From: Chrysomallon squamiferum
Taxonomy: Eukaryota > Animalia > Mollusca
Assembly: GCA_012295275.1 (NCBI GenBank)
Contig: CM022677.1
Location: 11,470,001-11,534,000 of the forward strand
Direction of reading: 5' to 3'
Length of the DNA: 64,000 nucleotides
Position 1 is the first letter of the stretch, and each line of letters starts with the position of its first letter. Positions 31,749 through 44,054 of this stretch are shown in pieces. The notes below the pieces were generated by a model, which saw only the letters and a list, made by a program, of their open reading frames with translations, was not told where the DNA came from and made no database searches. The translations under genes and the position numbers were made by a program.

Positions 31749-32654
31749 TATATATATATATCTTTATTAAACAGAAAGAATATGTAAGAAAAAGTGAGTA
31801 TTTCTTCTTGTGAGCAAGATAGAGAATACATGCATGTTCAAAAAGGAGTGTTCTTTGTATAAAACACCCATTCTTTCTAAAAATAAACAAATGTTTTTCA
31901 AAAATACTCTGAAATACATACACTTCTGTGTATACTCTGTTCTCCTGTCTTTCTGTCTATATATAGAAAGGGCTTTGAAATTAATGCCACTGTATTCAAA
32001 ATTGGAAAAAGTAGCAGTACCCTATTATCCACAATCTCTCTAACACACAGACACGTAATATTACAAAGCCATACATGTTTACACACTACATCTTTTACAT
32101 TGACATATATCTTTCTATCTTTCTGTCTCTCTGTCTGCCTATGTATCTATCTACAATACATATGCACTCTCAAAAACAGGGAGAAAACACACACAAAACC
32201 ATATGTGATATAGCCATTCTTTCTATCTATCTCATAACCACATATTCCTACAGTTTCTTGCTCAAATACTCGAATCAACCTGTCAGACATGTTCATCATT
32301 TCATATCCACTCTGTAAAAAATATCTAACACCACATATATAGTCACACTTTATAATATACCCCACATTACCATTGTACAGTTGCTTACATCTATCATGTC
32401 TCTTAATCTGTTTGTCTTGGTATTTCTATATCTATGAGTATGCTGCTCTGTGGCTTTCTATTTATCTTTGTTCCTTTCTATCAGTCTATTTATCTGTCTA
32501 CAAATAATCTGTCAGTCTGTCTAAGTTTGTATCTGTATCAAACTCTCTCTACCTCTGAGTCTCTCTGTCTCACTCCTCTCCTGCGTGCATAACAACTTTC
32601 AAAATCCATATGTATATTTCTGTTTGTCTGTTCATTTATAACCCATACAAAAGT

Positions 32655-32764
<110 letters not shown>

Positions 32765-33712
32765 TCAAATACGACCTACCTACATAACTACCTATCTTAT
32801 CTATTTTTCTTGTATATATAAATTATATTTCATTTTACAATCCTATCAATCATCTATCCATCTCCTTGCTTACCTGTCTACATAACCTTCCTTCAAATCT
32901 CCCTCATTTTTCTATTTCTGTATATCTATTTTTTTTCTGTGAAAAAAGCATGTTTTTTAATGTTCATTTTACATTATAAGATTTCAGTTTATTGTGAATG
33001 AAACTGGATTTTAGAAGAAAATTTGCAGATTGTTCAGGTTTAATTTTCACAATCATTATACGTTTTATCTTACCCTTTTAATACATATTTCAGTTAACGT
33101 CACCGTCATTGCTTTCTTAGTGTGCACATCCTATATTGAAATGTGTTACTCTTATTAGAATTAATGTAATTTTTTTTATTATTTTGAGCATTTTAATAAC
33201 TATTATTCTTACTTTCTTTGTGTCTGCATTAAAGTATAATATTACTATTTCTGTTAATGTCACTGTCGTTGCTGTTGTATCTCTGTTTTTCTTAAGGTTC
33301 ACTTTTCATTATTCTTTTGTGCTTGTTATTACTATTATTCTTGCATTCTTAGTGTGCACCTGCTATTTCAAAATATGTTATTCTATTTCTGTTAACGTCA
33401 CCATCATTGCCTTCGCATCTGTGTTCTCCTTGATGTTATTTGTGTACTTTTATTTATTCTCTTTCTATTAATTCTTAGACTCACTTTCAGTGATAATTAA
33501 AATATATTATTAGTATTTCTATTAGTGAAAATTCCAGAAAGGTTTCCTTATAGACTCAGTCTTTGATACTTTTCACAATGAGACATGCAGTTTATTACCA
33601 TCATTTTAATTTCACATTTTACTGTCAGGATTTGATTTATGATATTTTGACAGACACATATATTTGTTGTTATTATTATTATTATTATTATTATTCTAAA
33701 TCTTAATTTCAG

Positions 33713-36700
33713 GATTGATTTATGGTGTTCTAGAGATCAGAAAGTGCAGAAGGCCCTATTGAGGTTAACATGTAATATCAATTTATTCAACAAGGTAATG
33801 TGAAGTTATATTGGTTTAATTATCCAAATTAAATAAAAATAAAATAAATAATTTCTTCATGAATAATTGTTTAAAATGAAATTATAATAGTAATTTTAAT
33901 CGTTATTTTGATCTCAGACTTTTTACATTATTAAACAATGTGATATGATTAATTAATCATGCTAAACATCATAAGTTTAAATCTTTGTAATAGTTTAAAT
34001 TAATGATTCTGTATTTTATAATATCAGTGTCTATAGATTTTCCTGACAATGTATCAAGAAAAAACATTTAGTTAAATTATGTTTTATTTAGGAATCTGGA
34101 AATGTACACATATCTTAATGTTATTTCTGTATATTTTAGTAAAAAAAAAATAAAATAAAATAAAGATAAAAATATTTTTATTAATAATTTAGAAATACTG
34201 ATGTCAGCTTGCCATCACATCATTTTACATCAAGAACAAAATAACTGTAATATTTACTATTACAGAATTCTCAGTATCCAAGATTTTACAATGGTGTTGT
34301 TGTGTGATGCTGATGTCAACACTCCTACCTATATCAGCAAATACTACTGGGTAAAGTTATTATAACAATTTTACTATTTGAATTAGTTTGAACATTTAAA
34401 TAAAGAATATTTTATTACCAGTATCAGGAATTTGAAATTTACTTAAACCAGTGTCGTAAAATATTCTTAACAGAAGTGTCCCAATAGATTGTTCTGTATT
34501 ATTTATTAAATACAAAATATAAACAGTTAATAACGCTATAGTATTACACTTCATTATCAACATATTAAGTTATTAAGTACAGAGATAGAGCTAGTTAATA
34601 ACTTTATTAACATGTTTGTTTATAACAAAATTTAAGATGACAATCAAGGACTTGCTCATGTGAAAATATTTAAATAATTTTTGTTTCCTGGTTTTACAGG
34701 GATCTTTGGATTTTTAGTTTTTCAGCTAAAATAATGTGGAAGATTCTAGAAAGTCACCCAGATGTCAGTCTCAAAAACCAGGTGAGCCTCTCATTACACA
34801 GTAGACTGTGACAAAAACGAAACTATGAATTAATCTAACTACTGTTTAACTTGATAGTGAACTTGGTTATCAAGTCTTTTAGGTTTGTGCTGTAAAATAG
34901 GGTCTACAGCTATTTGGTTGAAACCAAGAACTAGGGTGGGTGTTTTGTCATCAGTGGTAGAAGTAGAAGAGCTTCAGTCAATAAACAACATGGAGGTAAA
35001 ATTCAGAAAGACAGGAAAAGGAGAAGAGATTTGCATGGAGCAGATTACAGTTAGTATACACAGAATTTGACAGATTTCAAGTTGATATCTCAAACTGTGA
35101 TTATTCCAATGAGCAGAAGAAAAAGTTAGAAAGAATACTTAACAAATACTCTGATGTTAAAGTGAATACTTAACTGTATTTGCTAAAGATGACGTTGATT
35201 TGGGGTTTACTGTAAAATATCATATATGCACAATTGATAACATACTAGTGTCACCCATACAGAAGAATTTCACACAGTCAGTATCAGAAAGTCAAGGAGT
35301 GATCAAGAAACTTATAACAAGATGCAATTTGACCCAGCCACAGCCCATATTCATCTCCTATTGTTATAGTGAGAAAAACAGACAACACAATTCATCTGTG
35401 TGTGGACTACAGGTGGCTGAATGCTAAAACTAGGAAAGACTGCTTTCCACTACCCACAATAGAAGAGTCATTAGATGCTTTGCACAGAGCAAATTGGTTC
35501 ACTACACGGATATGGCCAGTGAATACAACCAAATTGCAGTTGAGGATAAAAACAAAGACAAAATTGCATTCATCACGCCAATGGATTTGTTTGAATACAA
35601 TCGAATGCAGTTTGGTTTATCAGGAGCACCAGCCACATTTCAAAGACTTTAGAGAGCAGATATTTCAGTTCTGTTTTTTTATGTGTGCATAGATTAACTA
35701 GAAGAAGTTTTAAACATTTTGAAACAGCATGGGCTCAGACAAAAACCAAGCTAAGGCTGTTTCCTTAAGAAAAGTGAAATATCTAGGACGTGATGTCTAG
35801 AGATGGGGTAGTTACAGATCCAGACAAAATAAAGGCTGTTCTTGAATGGGAAGTTCCAAAGACACCAAAGGACCTGATGTCATTTTTGCAGTTTGCCTGA
35901 TACTTCAGATGATATGTTAAAGGATTCTCAGTTACTGCTCAACCTTTGCATTCTTTGGTGAACAGGTTCCGAGATAAGAAAAATCAAGCATTGTTAAAGG
36001 GTGCTTGGGATGAGAGTTGTCAAAAAGCTTTCAATACTTTAAAAGAGAAGTTAACTTCAGCTCCAATATGAGGATACACTGATTTCAGTGAACTTTTCAT
36101 TGTGGAAACTGCTGACAGTTTTCATTGAGTGGGAATAGTTCTGTCACAGGAGCAAAATGGGCAAAGGTAAGAACTTACATATGTTAGGCAGAACTTGAGA
36201 CCCACTGAGAGAAACATGAATAATAACAGTTCCAGGAAATTAGAGTTTGTTGGTCTGAAATGGGCTGTGACCGAAAAGATTGAAAATTATCTTCTCAAAC
36301 ATCAATTTACCATATATACAGACAACAGTCCACTAAGTCATCTTGATAACATAAAACTACACGCAGTGGAATAAACATGGGGGTCTCAGCTGGTAGAATT
36401 TGATTTTTATGTGAAATATCATTCAACCCAATAAGAATGCCGATGGTCTGTCCAGGAAGAAATTTCACAGAACAACATCTACTTCAGTGGAAGCTGCTGT
36501 GAGAGATACTGCTAGTAGTACAGAAGTTCCTCAAACAATGAGACAAGTTATAAAGCGTGGTGGGAGAAAAGTCGCACAATAAATGGTAACAGTGGAACAG
36601 TTTCATGAAACTATGGAAGCCACAACATCATTTCCAAGCTTTAGAAGAACTAGCAGTGATGAAGGCAAAAGACAAGTTAATAAGGAGATTGCTGTATTAC

Positions 36701-39527
36701 ATGGCTACCACGCAGAGCTGAGAGAAGATTAGAAGAATCAGGTTTCTTCATGCTAATCTGGCAATGGGAAAGATTATTTCTTGAAAACAAAGTACTTTAC
36801 AGAAAAGTAAAGGACCCCAACTTGGCAAGTTTGCTGTTCATCTTATCTAGAAGAAATATCATCAAATACCTTCCTCTCTACAAACATAAATACAATTATA
36901 ATTAATAAATATTGTCTTAAAATGACTTAGAAAATATCCTTTTGACCTGAAAAACAGAAGTATTTGCTGATTGTGTTGAATGGTTTAATTATCTAAATCT
37001 GTTGTATTATCTACATTCAAGGATCTTCTGTCTGAAATGTTTAATTACGTGTGCACACATGGACAGGAAGACACATTTCAGTTTCTTTTATAATGGCGCC
37101 AGAAACAGTCTGGTGTAAGCACTAATGTGATTTGATTCTGTGCCTACCCACACTTCATACCACTGACTTACACATTAACTAGTGAGAAGTGTTTGATAAT
37201 CATACAGAAAACACAGCAGTCAGTTTAATTCATAGTTTACAGTTTTCTCTCTCACTTTATTCCAGTGATTAACCCCTGTGAAATAAAATACTTGATAACC
37301 AATTTGACTAGAAAATAAAATAAAATAAAATAAGGAAAGAAAATAATTAGGAAAAGCAGCTAAAAAAAATTCATAAATCGTGTTTCTCCTCGATATAATA
37401 GCTATTGAAACAGACCTATTATTTTACTAATTATTTATTTATTATTATTTTTATTATATGTAAATTAACAGAATTTAACTTTAAACACAGTAAATGTTTA
37501 AAAAAAGATAAAAAATTAAAACCTGATATCACATAATTCTAATTTTCATTTAGAATTTAACAATTTATAAAACTGTTTATTTCTTTAAAACATTATTCCA
37601 AAATCTGTAGAAATTAATGGTGGTTTAAGGCCCAGCACAGACACAATACAAGATACATTATTAATGGAGCTCAGTGTGGAATGGGAAATGCTAATGTTTC
37701 AAGGATAGAGTGAGCTCTGGGATCATTTCAGATTCTTATCTATTAAAACTAGTTGTAATTAAAACATTTATCAATTTAAATACTGATAAATTAAAAATTT
37801 AATTAACTATTAATCATATATATGTATGTTATAAGTTTTAATAATTCATGTACTTCTGTGTTATATTTAAGATGACTGAACTTCCACTGCAGTCCATGTT
37901 GTCCACAATGTTGATCATGTCAGTTCACGTGACAGAATTCTCACATTGTCTCCACGTTGTCTGGGCAGAATGTTCTCTACAGATCAAAGGTTTGAAACTG
38001 CTGGGTTTTATAGGTTTCAAAGATATAATTAAACTAATACTATATAAGAAAATAAGTAAAACAGAAAAGTTATTATTAACAAAGATCTTATATACAACAT
38101 CCTATGTTTTTGAAATTAAAAAATAAATAAATAAAAAAGATAAAAGCAAAGTGAACTCTTTATTATTAAAATCCAAGAAAAAAAGACATCCAAAATATTA
38201 TTTTGTTTATTTATTGTGAACAATCTTGTTAATTATAAAGTTTGACACAAAACTGAAGAAACTTGCTGATTATGAACACTAAAAATTATAAACTTCTGTA
38301 TTTTTAAAAAAATAACAGACAAGCAGATAATTTTCAAGAGATATCTTAATAATGATATAAGATGTAAAATGTATTTATTATGACTAAATCATTTGTAATT
38401 TTTAATACTTCAGGTAACTTTTAAATAATAATTTGCTACCTTTCCAATGATAAATGTTATAGTTAATGTTTTAAGTAAATCAATTTTATTTATCAGTGAT
38501 AAGTTTTGTTTATTATTTTTACAGGATAAACAAGCCCTTGCTGACCAGAAAAAGTTCTATCAGGCCAAGGATGACCACTTGACCAGGCTTGTAGTACAAT
38601 TCAGTGAAGAACAATCACTTCTCCGGTTTGTGGTGTTAAAAGAAATTTGTACAAACTCAGAAACTCAGATGAGTTCAATTGTTTGAAATCTGATGCTGAG
38701 TATAATGGACAGGTAATTCAGTTTACAACTAAATTTTATAAACTGTAAAATATAAATCATTTAATGCCATATGAGAATATTTTAATATTATTATTATATA
38801 TAATTTTCTTTTTTTAACTAATGGTATCTGTAGATGCAAAGAAAATGACAAAACGTGACATTGATACAGCAGTTGGGAGAAAAGGACTGTACTTTAGAAA
38901 ATGTATCTTCAAAAATTAAAACATAAATATTACTGATCTTACTTGTTGTCAATTTTTATAAAATATATTAATTTATGTACTTAATTAAAAGTAAAATGGA
39001 AGTTACTGCTTTAAGAACGAAAATATATATACAATGAAAAATAGACTGTTTAAATAAATATAACTAAACTTTATTTTATTTCAGTTAAATTAACTGTACT
39101 TATTATTGGTTGAAAACATTACTTCAGATTCAAATGATAAAATATAAAATTATAGTGGGTCTTGTTAAAATGTTTGAATGTAATATTTTTTATTTCAGTC
39201 ATCACAGAAAGCTATTTACAAGAACTGATGTCCACTGAATCTAAATGACTTGACAAGTTTGCCTCCAAGTTCTTCAGGTTTTCTGACTGTACTGAACTAA
39301 GTAAACAGAAGACAAAACATCTCCACGGTAAATATAAAGAACTGAATAACTGGATAAAATAACATTTTAAAAACATTACTTGTGTGAATCATGGACTGTT
39401 CTTATTGAAGAATTTATAATATTGTGATACTGAATTTAGATTCAAAGTTACAATGTTGTTCATGAAAGATGTGATCAGATATATTCAGTATACTGAACGT
39501 TTGGACCAGACACAGCACCAAGTACAG
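33713..39527 (+). pseudogene. Chain of small AG..GT-bounded exon-like segments of an unidentified, degraded gene
   Basis: GC-richer islands with splice signals at ~33713-33794, 34266-34350, 34700-34781, 37022-37113, 37611-37710, 37872-37989, 38525-38712, 39200-39277 and 39440-39527; several contain stops. Confidence 0.35.
34860..36830 (+). mobile_element. Ty3/Gypsy LTR-retrotransposon pol remnant (RT-RNase H), heavily degraded
   Basis: PYSSPIVIVRKTDNTIHLCVDYRWLNAKTRKDCFPLPTIEESLDAL; AFITPMDLFEYNRMQFGLSGAPATFQ; RNase H GIVLSQEQ..SSRKLE..LKWAVTEK..FTIYTDNSPLSHL. Many stops and frameshifts; no LTRs recognised. Confidence 0.92.
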
Positions 39528-39956
39528 GCAAGTCTGTGATAAAACAAGTTACTTTTTAAAAATGATTTAATATCAGAAATCCTTGATTACTTAAAAAGTA
39601 CACACTTCATATTAAAAAAAAAATGTTTGGTTGAAGGGAGATCATTTTTTTTTAAATTTAATTTATATTTTTAAATAATTTTGTTTTGAAAGAATACTGT
39701 ACTTAATAATCTAATCAAAACTTAAATAAATACCAAGAGTTCTGGTAAAAATGTACCCTATAAAACATCGTTAAAACATAAAATGGAATCAGTTGACCTA
39801 TTTAAATAACAGAGTTGAACAGACTGGCTTTTGGCTTTTTGACCAAATGTACTTTAACACCCGAAGGTGCATAGTCACGTGACATAACGTCATCTCAAAA
39901 TAAAATAAAAAGTATATAGGGTAGGGTGGAGTGAAAGACAAGACGTGATATATAGT

Positions 39957-40161
39957 CAACCTAACTCTTGTGATTTGTAAAAAAAAACAAAGATCTTCAT
40001 TACTGGCTTTTGGCTTTTTGACCAAATGTACTTTTAACCCGAAGGTGCTTAGGCTTCGCCCGAAGGAGCATAAGTTAAAGTACATTTGGTCAAAAAGCCA
40101 AAAGCCAAAAGCCAATCATGGGGAACTTTTTTTTTTTTTTACAATAACAAGAGTTTAGTTG
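39957..40161. repeat. Viral terminal palindrome 1 (imperfect arms, short core)
   Basis: ggcttttggctttttgaccaaatgtacttttaac-core-gttaaagtacatttggtcaaaaagccaaaagcc. Confidence 0.85.
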
Positions 40162-40163
40162 AA

Positions 40164-40364
40164 ATTGTAAAAAAAACAAAGTTCCTCACTACATGGCTTT
40201 TTAGCTTTTTGGCTTTTTGACCATAATGTACTTTTAACCCGAAGGTGATAACGTTCCTTCGGGCGTAGCCAGAACCCGAAGGATCATAAGTTAAAAGTAC
40301 ATTATGGTCAAAAAGCCAAAAAGCTAAAAAGCCATGTAGTGAGGAACTTTGTTTTTTTTACAAT
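40164..40364. repeat. Viral terminal palindrome 2: perfect 75-bp arms with a 51-nt core containing cccgaagg/ccttcggg mini-stems
   Basis: 40164-40238 is the exact reverse complement of 40290-40364. Confidence 0.95.
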
Positions 40365-40678
40365 AACAAGAGTAGAGTTGATAATCTATCATATCTTGCA
40401 TTTTCACCCCCACCCCTATTTTTTATTTTGAAGAGAGTATATCATTTAAACGGATATGACGTCATATCCGTTTTTTTAAATGACGTTATTTTATATGACG
40501 TCATTTCCGTTATATTGCAGACGATAATAATAGTTTATTTAAATAATTAACTGAACGAAGGTAATTAATTTTAATAAATAATTTTATTTCAAGAAATAAC
40601 TTTTAATGAACATTAATATCAACGTAACAACAATAAATCAGCACTGATTTCTTTTAATGTTTATTATTACGTTTATTT

Positions 40679-42347
40679 TTATTGTTTATAACGTTTAAAT
40701 ATGTCTATTTGTGTCTCTTGAATTGTTTCTGTGAAGTCGTCGTAGAACGGTTGAGATTCCGGTATGTAGATCTTTAATGTTTTGTTATTTGAAGGCGGTG
40801 AGGGACACACCACTTCATCCTCTTCTTCTAATTTACGTTTACTACCTTTGTTTTCATCAGATTCACCTTTGAATCGTTTCTGACTCTGTATGAAGAGATC
40901 CTGCGAAGCACAATAATTATTTTCCTGTTCTGGTTCGTCATCGTCTGACGATATCTCGATATATTTTCTTTTGTTAGGTGATGAATTGCAAAGTATACGT
41001 TGACTGTCTGACTGTCATCAAAGTTATCTCTGAAATAACTATTCCTGCCGTCGACTGTATTGTCATTTATATTGTTATTATGTTTTAGTCTAAAATATTC
41101 CCTGTCATTTTCCAAAGCTATCATCATTTCGACCTCTGTAGGTTCGAAACCCATTTTGAATAATCCTGGATGTATTAGATTATAGGCTTGCTTCAATGTA
41201 TCACTTTTCTTTAAATCATGTAGAAAATAGAGTCGGGTTTTCATTATACTGATCTGACTAGAGGTCAGTCCGTCTCCAAACGGGTTGTTAGAGTTGATCA
41301 TGCATAGATTAGCTCGACAGTAGGTAGGTGCAGTTCCTTTACGCTCACAAGTGGCTTTGCTTCCGCTTAGTAGATCTTTGTACTTGTCTATATTACTTTG
41401 CATGATACAAATCTCTTCACCTAGCACAATCTTCTTGTTACCTAGCATCTGCCAGGGGAAATTATCCTTGGCTATTTTTCCGGCGCAGTTAAGACATTCG
41501 AACATACTGCTCGATATCATTGTTTTACCGGAATCGGATTCTCCTTGTAAGTACAATCCTACTTTCTTTTTTCCTTTTCCTTTCAAAAGAGAAACAATTA
41601 ACACATACAACCATCGTTCTGGAATGCATTGTTCTACACACCAGGTGTTGAACACTTTTAAACTGTCATCTGGTGTCATGTAATTATCGATGTTATCCGA
41701 TAATGACAGAATCTGGTCGTATGCGTTCTTGTCTGCTTCCTCTTCCATGTATTTCGATCTAGCAGCCTTGAATAGCTTTTCTCCTGATGTGTTAGCTACT
41801 GCATTACATATGGCTTTAAACTCGTTACTGTTACTTCATATTTGCCGATTAACAAATTCAGTTTAACTGGATGTTTAACTATTAGTTTATACAAGAAGTC
41901 AAATGTATCAGCTGATTTGTTCGTTATCAGATGAGATGGAACTAGTTGATCCTGTTTGTTAGTATTACATACAGCAACATTGTTTTCGTCTTCAGGTATA
42001 GTTTCTAACATCACTTCCTCCATCTTAGCTGCTGCGGAAGATGTTCCTTTGCCGTGATTCACGACAGGAGATGATGTTGTACTCTTATTGGAATTGACGT
42101 CTTCCTTTCTCACAGGCTCTTTGATATCGGAAATAATTGTACTGTTACCTTTTATTGGTTGATCGTCAAAAAAATCTAACAGAACGTTCATTAAGTTTTC
42201 TTCCTCCTCTTTGGAACGTTTTTCTGTTTCGTTCCAAATGTGTAGCATCTTTTCGTCATTTGTTCCTAAATACATCTTCTCCGAATCGTTCATCAAATAC
42301 ACCATGTAGTTTTCTACAGATGTACATTGTGGATCCTTCAATTTTCA
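40679..42347 (-). pseudogene. NS1: NS1/Rep of unit A, lacking its N-terminus (HUH motif deleted), frameshifted
   Basis: YMVYLMND, Walker A GESDSGKT, Walker B VLGEE, B' KDLLSGSKATCERK, motif C CMINSN; C-terminus IQETQIDIFKRYKQ*. Confidence 0.88.
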
Positions 42348-42985
42348 CTAGTGAATGTTCGTTTAAATGTTTTTTTAATGGTAATATACCTCGGATTAGC
42401 TCCAGACGTTGTACCTCCAAATCCTTGGTATAAAACGTTATTTCCTGTAGCAGAGGCCATAGGAGCACCTTCTACAGCTTCACTTCCACCTGTATCAGTT
42501 ACTTCTTCGTTCATAATAGAATCAGGTTCCATTACGGACTCTTGATGTTGAAGATACGTTCCGTTTGAATTAGATTGTGATATCCTCGTAGATAGTTGAT
42601 TATTATTAGGAACTTTGGAGCTAGATCCTCCTCCAGGTTCGATGTTTTGTCGTTTCATGCCTTGTCGTGTTGTTGATTGATGTTCGTTTTGTTCTGATGT
42701 TTTTCCTGTTTGTTCGTCTTCTGGGTATATAGGCGTATTAAAAGGGTCCTCTTCGTCCGAATCCTCAATATGGTTATAGTCTTCCCGAATATTTTGTATT
42801 GCCGAATAGAAATCTTGATTAGGAATTTGTAAATTTGGATATTGACGTCGTATCTGTAGCCATCTATTTTGACGCTGATCCACCGGCACGTTTATCTCTG
42901 ATAATATAGCCAACGCTTTAGCTTTGGCTATGGCCCAAAGTCTAGTAACTTCCTTCTTGTTCAATATACGTTTCCATTTATTCAT
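42348..42985 (-). pseudogene. Capsid-like VP N-terminal fragment, unit A (truncated at KRTFTS by an internal deletion)
   Basis: Near-identical to the N-terminal ~210 aa of the unit B VP (48268 onward). Confidence 0.75.
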
Positions 42986-43345
42986 GAAATTGGACTAGTA
43001 GTACGCATATAATACACGTATTCGTCCTCTTGTGCTTCTAATTCTTGTCTCTCTGTAGGTGAAACGTCGTTATCTATTGATTTATCTTCTGGTTTCACTA
43101 AATCCGTAAATTGATGCACAGCCTCTTGTATTTGACTTAGTATAGTTGGCAATACCTTCTACAGAAGACTCCACTATACTTTGTCCAATAGCAGTCGCTT
43201 GGTTTATATATATACTATCAGCTCCAACAATTTCAGCTATAGCTGGGGCAGTCGAATCTATTATGGCTGTCGTAGCAAGTTCCACGGATGTATCAAATGC
43301 AAATTCTATGAGTTCAGCAGCTATTATACCCAAAGCTGTGAACAT
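42982..43345 (-). CDS. Small acidic ORF X (~120 aa), unit A, one frameshift in an A-run (~43138)
   Basis: MFTALGIIAAELIEFAFDTSVELAT...EDEYVYYMRTTSPIS*; conserved in unit B and in the 53489-53768 fragment. Confidence 0.7.
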
Positions 43346-43453
43346 CCTAATCCATCAAACGATACCAAACAAATGAAGCATTTACAGGTAAAACATATAC
43401 ATATATATAATTTCAATCACGTGATATATCATGTGACGTACGTATTAGGTCAC

Positions 43454-43823
43454 ATGATATACTCTCTTCAAAATAAAAAATAGGGGTGGGGGGTGAAAAT
43501 GCAAGATATGATAGATTATCAACTCTACTCTTGTTATTGTAAAAAAAAAAAGAGTTCCTCATGAATGGCTTTTAGCTTTCTGGCTTTTTGACCATAATGT
43601 ACTTTTAACCCGAAGGTGATAACGTTCCTTCTGGCGTAGCCAGAACCCGAAGGATCATAAGTTAAAAGTACATTATGGTCAAAAAGCCAAAAAGCTAAAA
43701 AGCCATGTAGTGAGGAACTTTTTTTTTTTTACAATAACAAGAGTTAGGTTGAAATCTATCAGGTCATTTTATTCTTCACCCCCACCCTAATTTTTTTATT
43801 TTGAAGAGTATGACGTCATATCC
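43454..43823. repeat. A/B junction: unit A ITR + hairpin core + unit B ITR
   Basis: 43454-43609 is the near-perfect reverse complement of 40290-40445; 43661-43823 is the near-perfect reverse complement of 48706-48870. Confidence 0.92.
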
Positions 43824-44054
43824 TATATTGACATAATATCCTGTATTAACGTCATTTCCTTTATATTTTAGCTGACGATATTTTTATTAATAATATAGTT
43901 TATTAAATTATATAATATTTTTAATAAACAAATAACAAAAATAATTAATGTTTAATTATATTTTATTAACAGTAATTAACAATAACGTAATCATTTATTT
44001 TATTATAATATTTTAATAATATTTTAAAGAGTAAATAAATGTTTATTTAATTAA

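Noticed and set aside
33080-33425. 111-aa hydrophobic ORF resembling a membrane protein
   Set aside because: It overlies a degenerate AT-rich tandem repeat (tttc.gttaacgtcacc.tcattgc units); the hydrophobicity reflects T-richness
39798-40158. ORFs over the hairpins (also the start of 53427-53825)
   Set aside because: They are translations of palindromic ITR sequence with no coding signal
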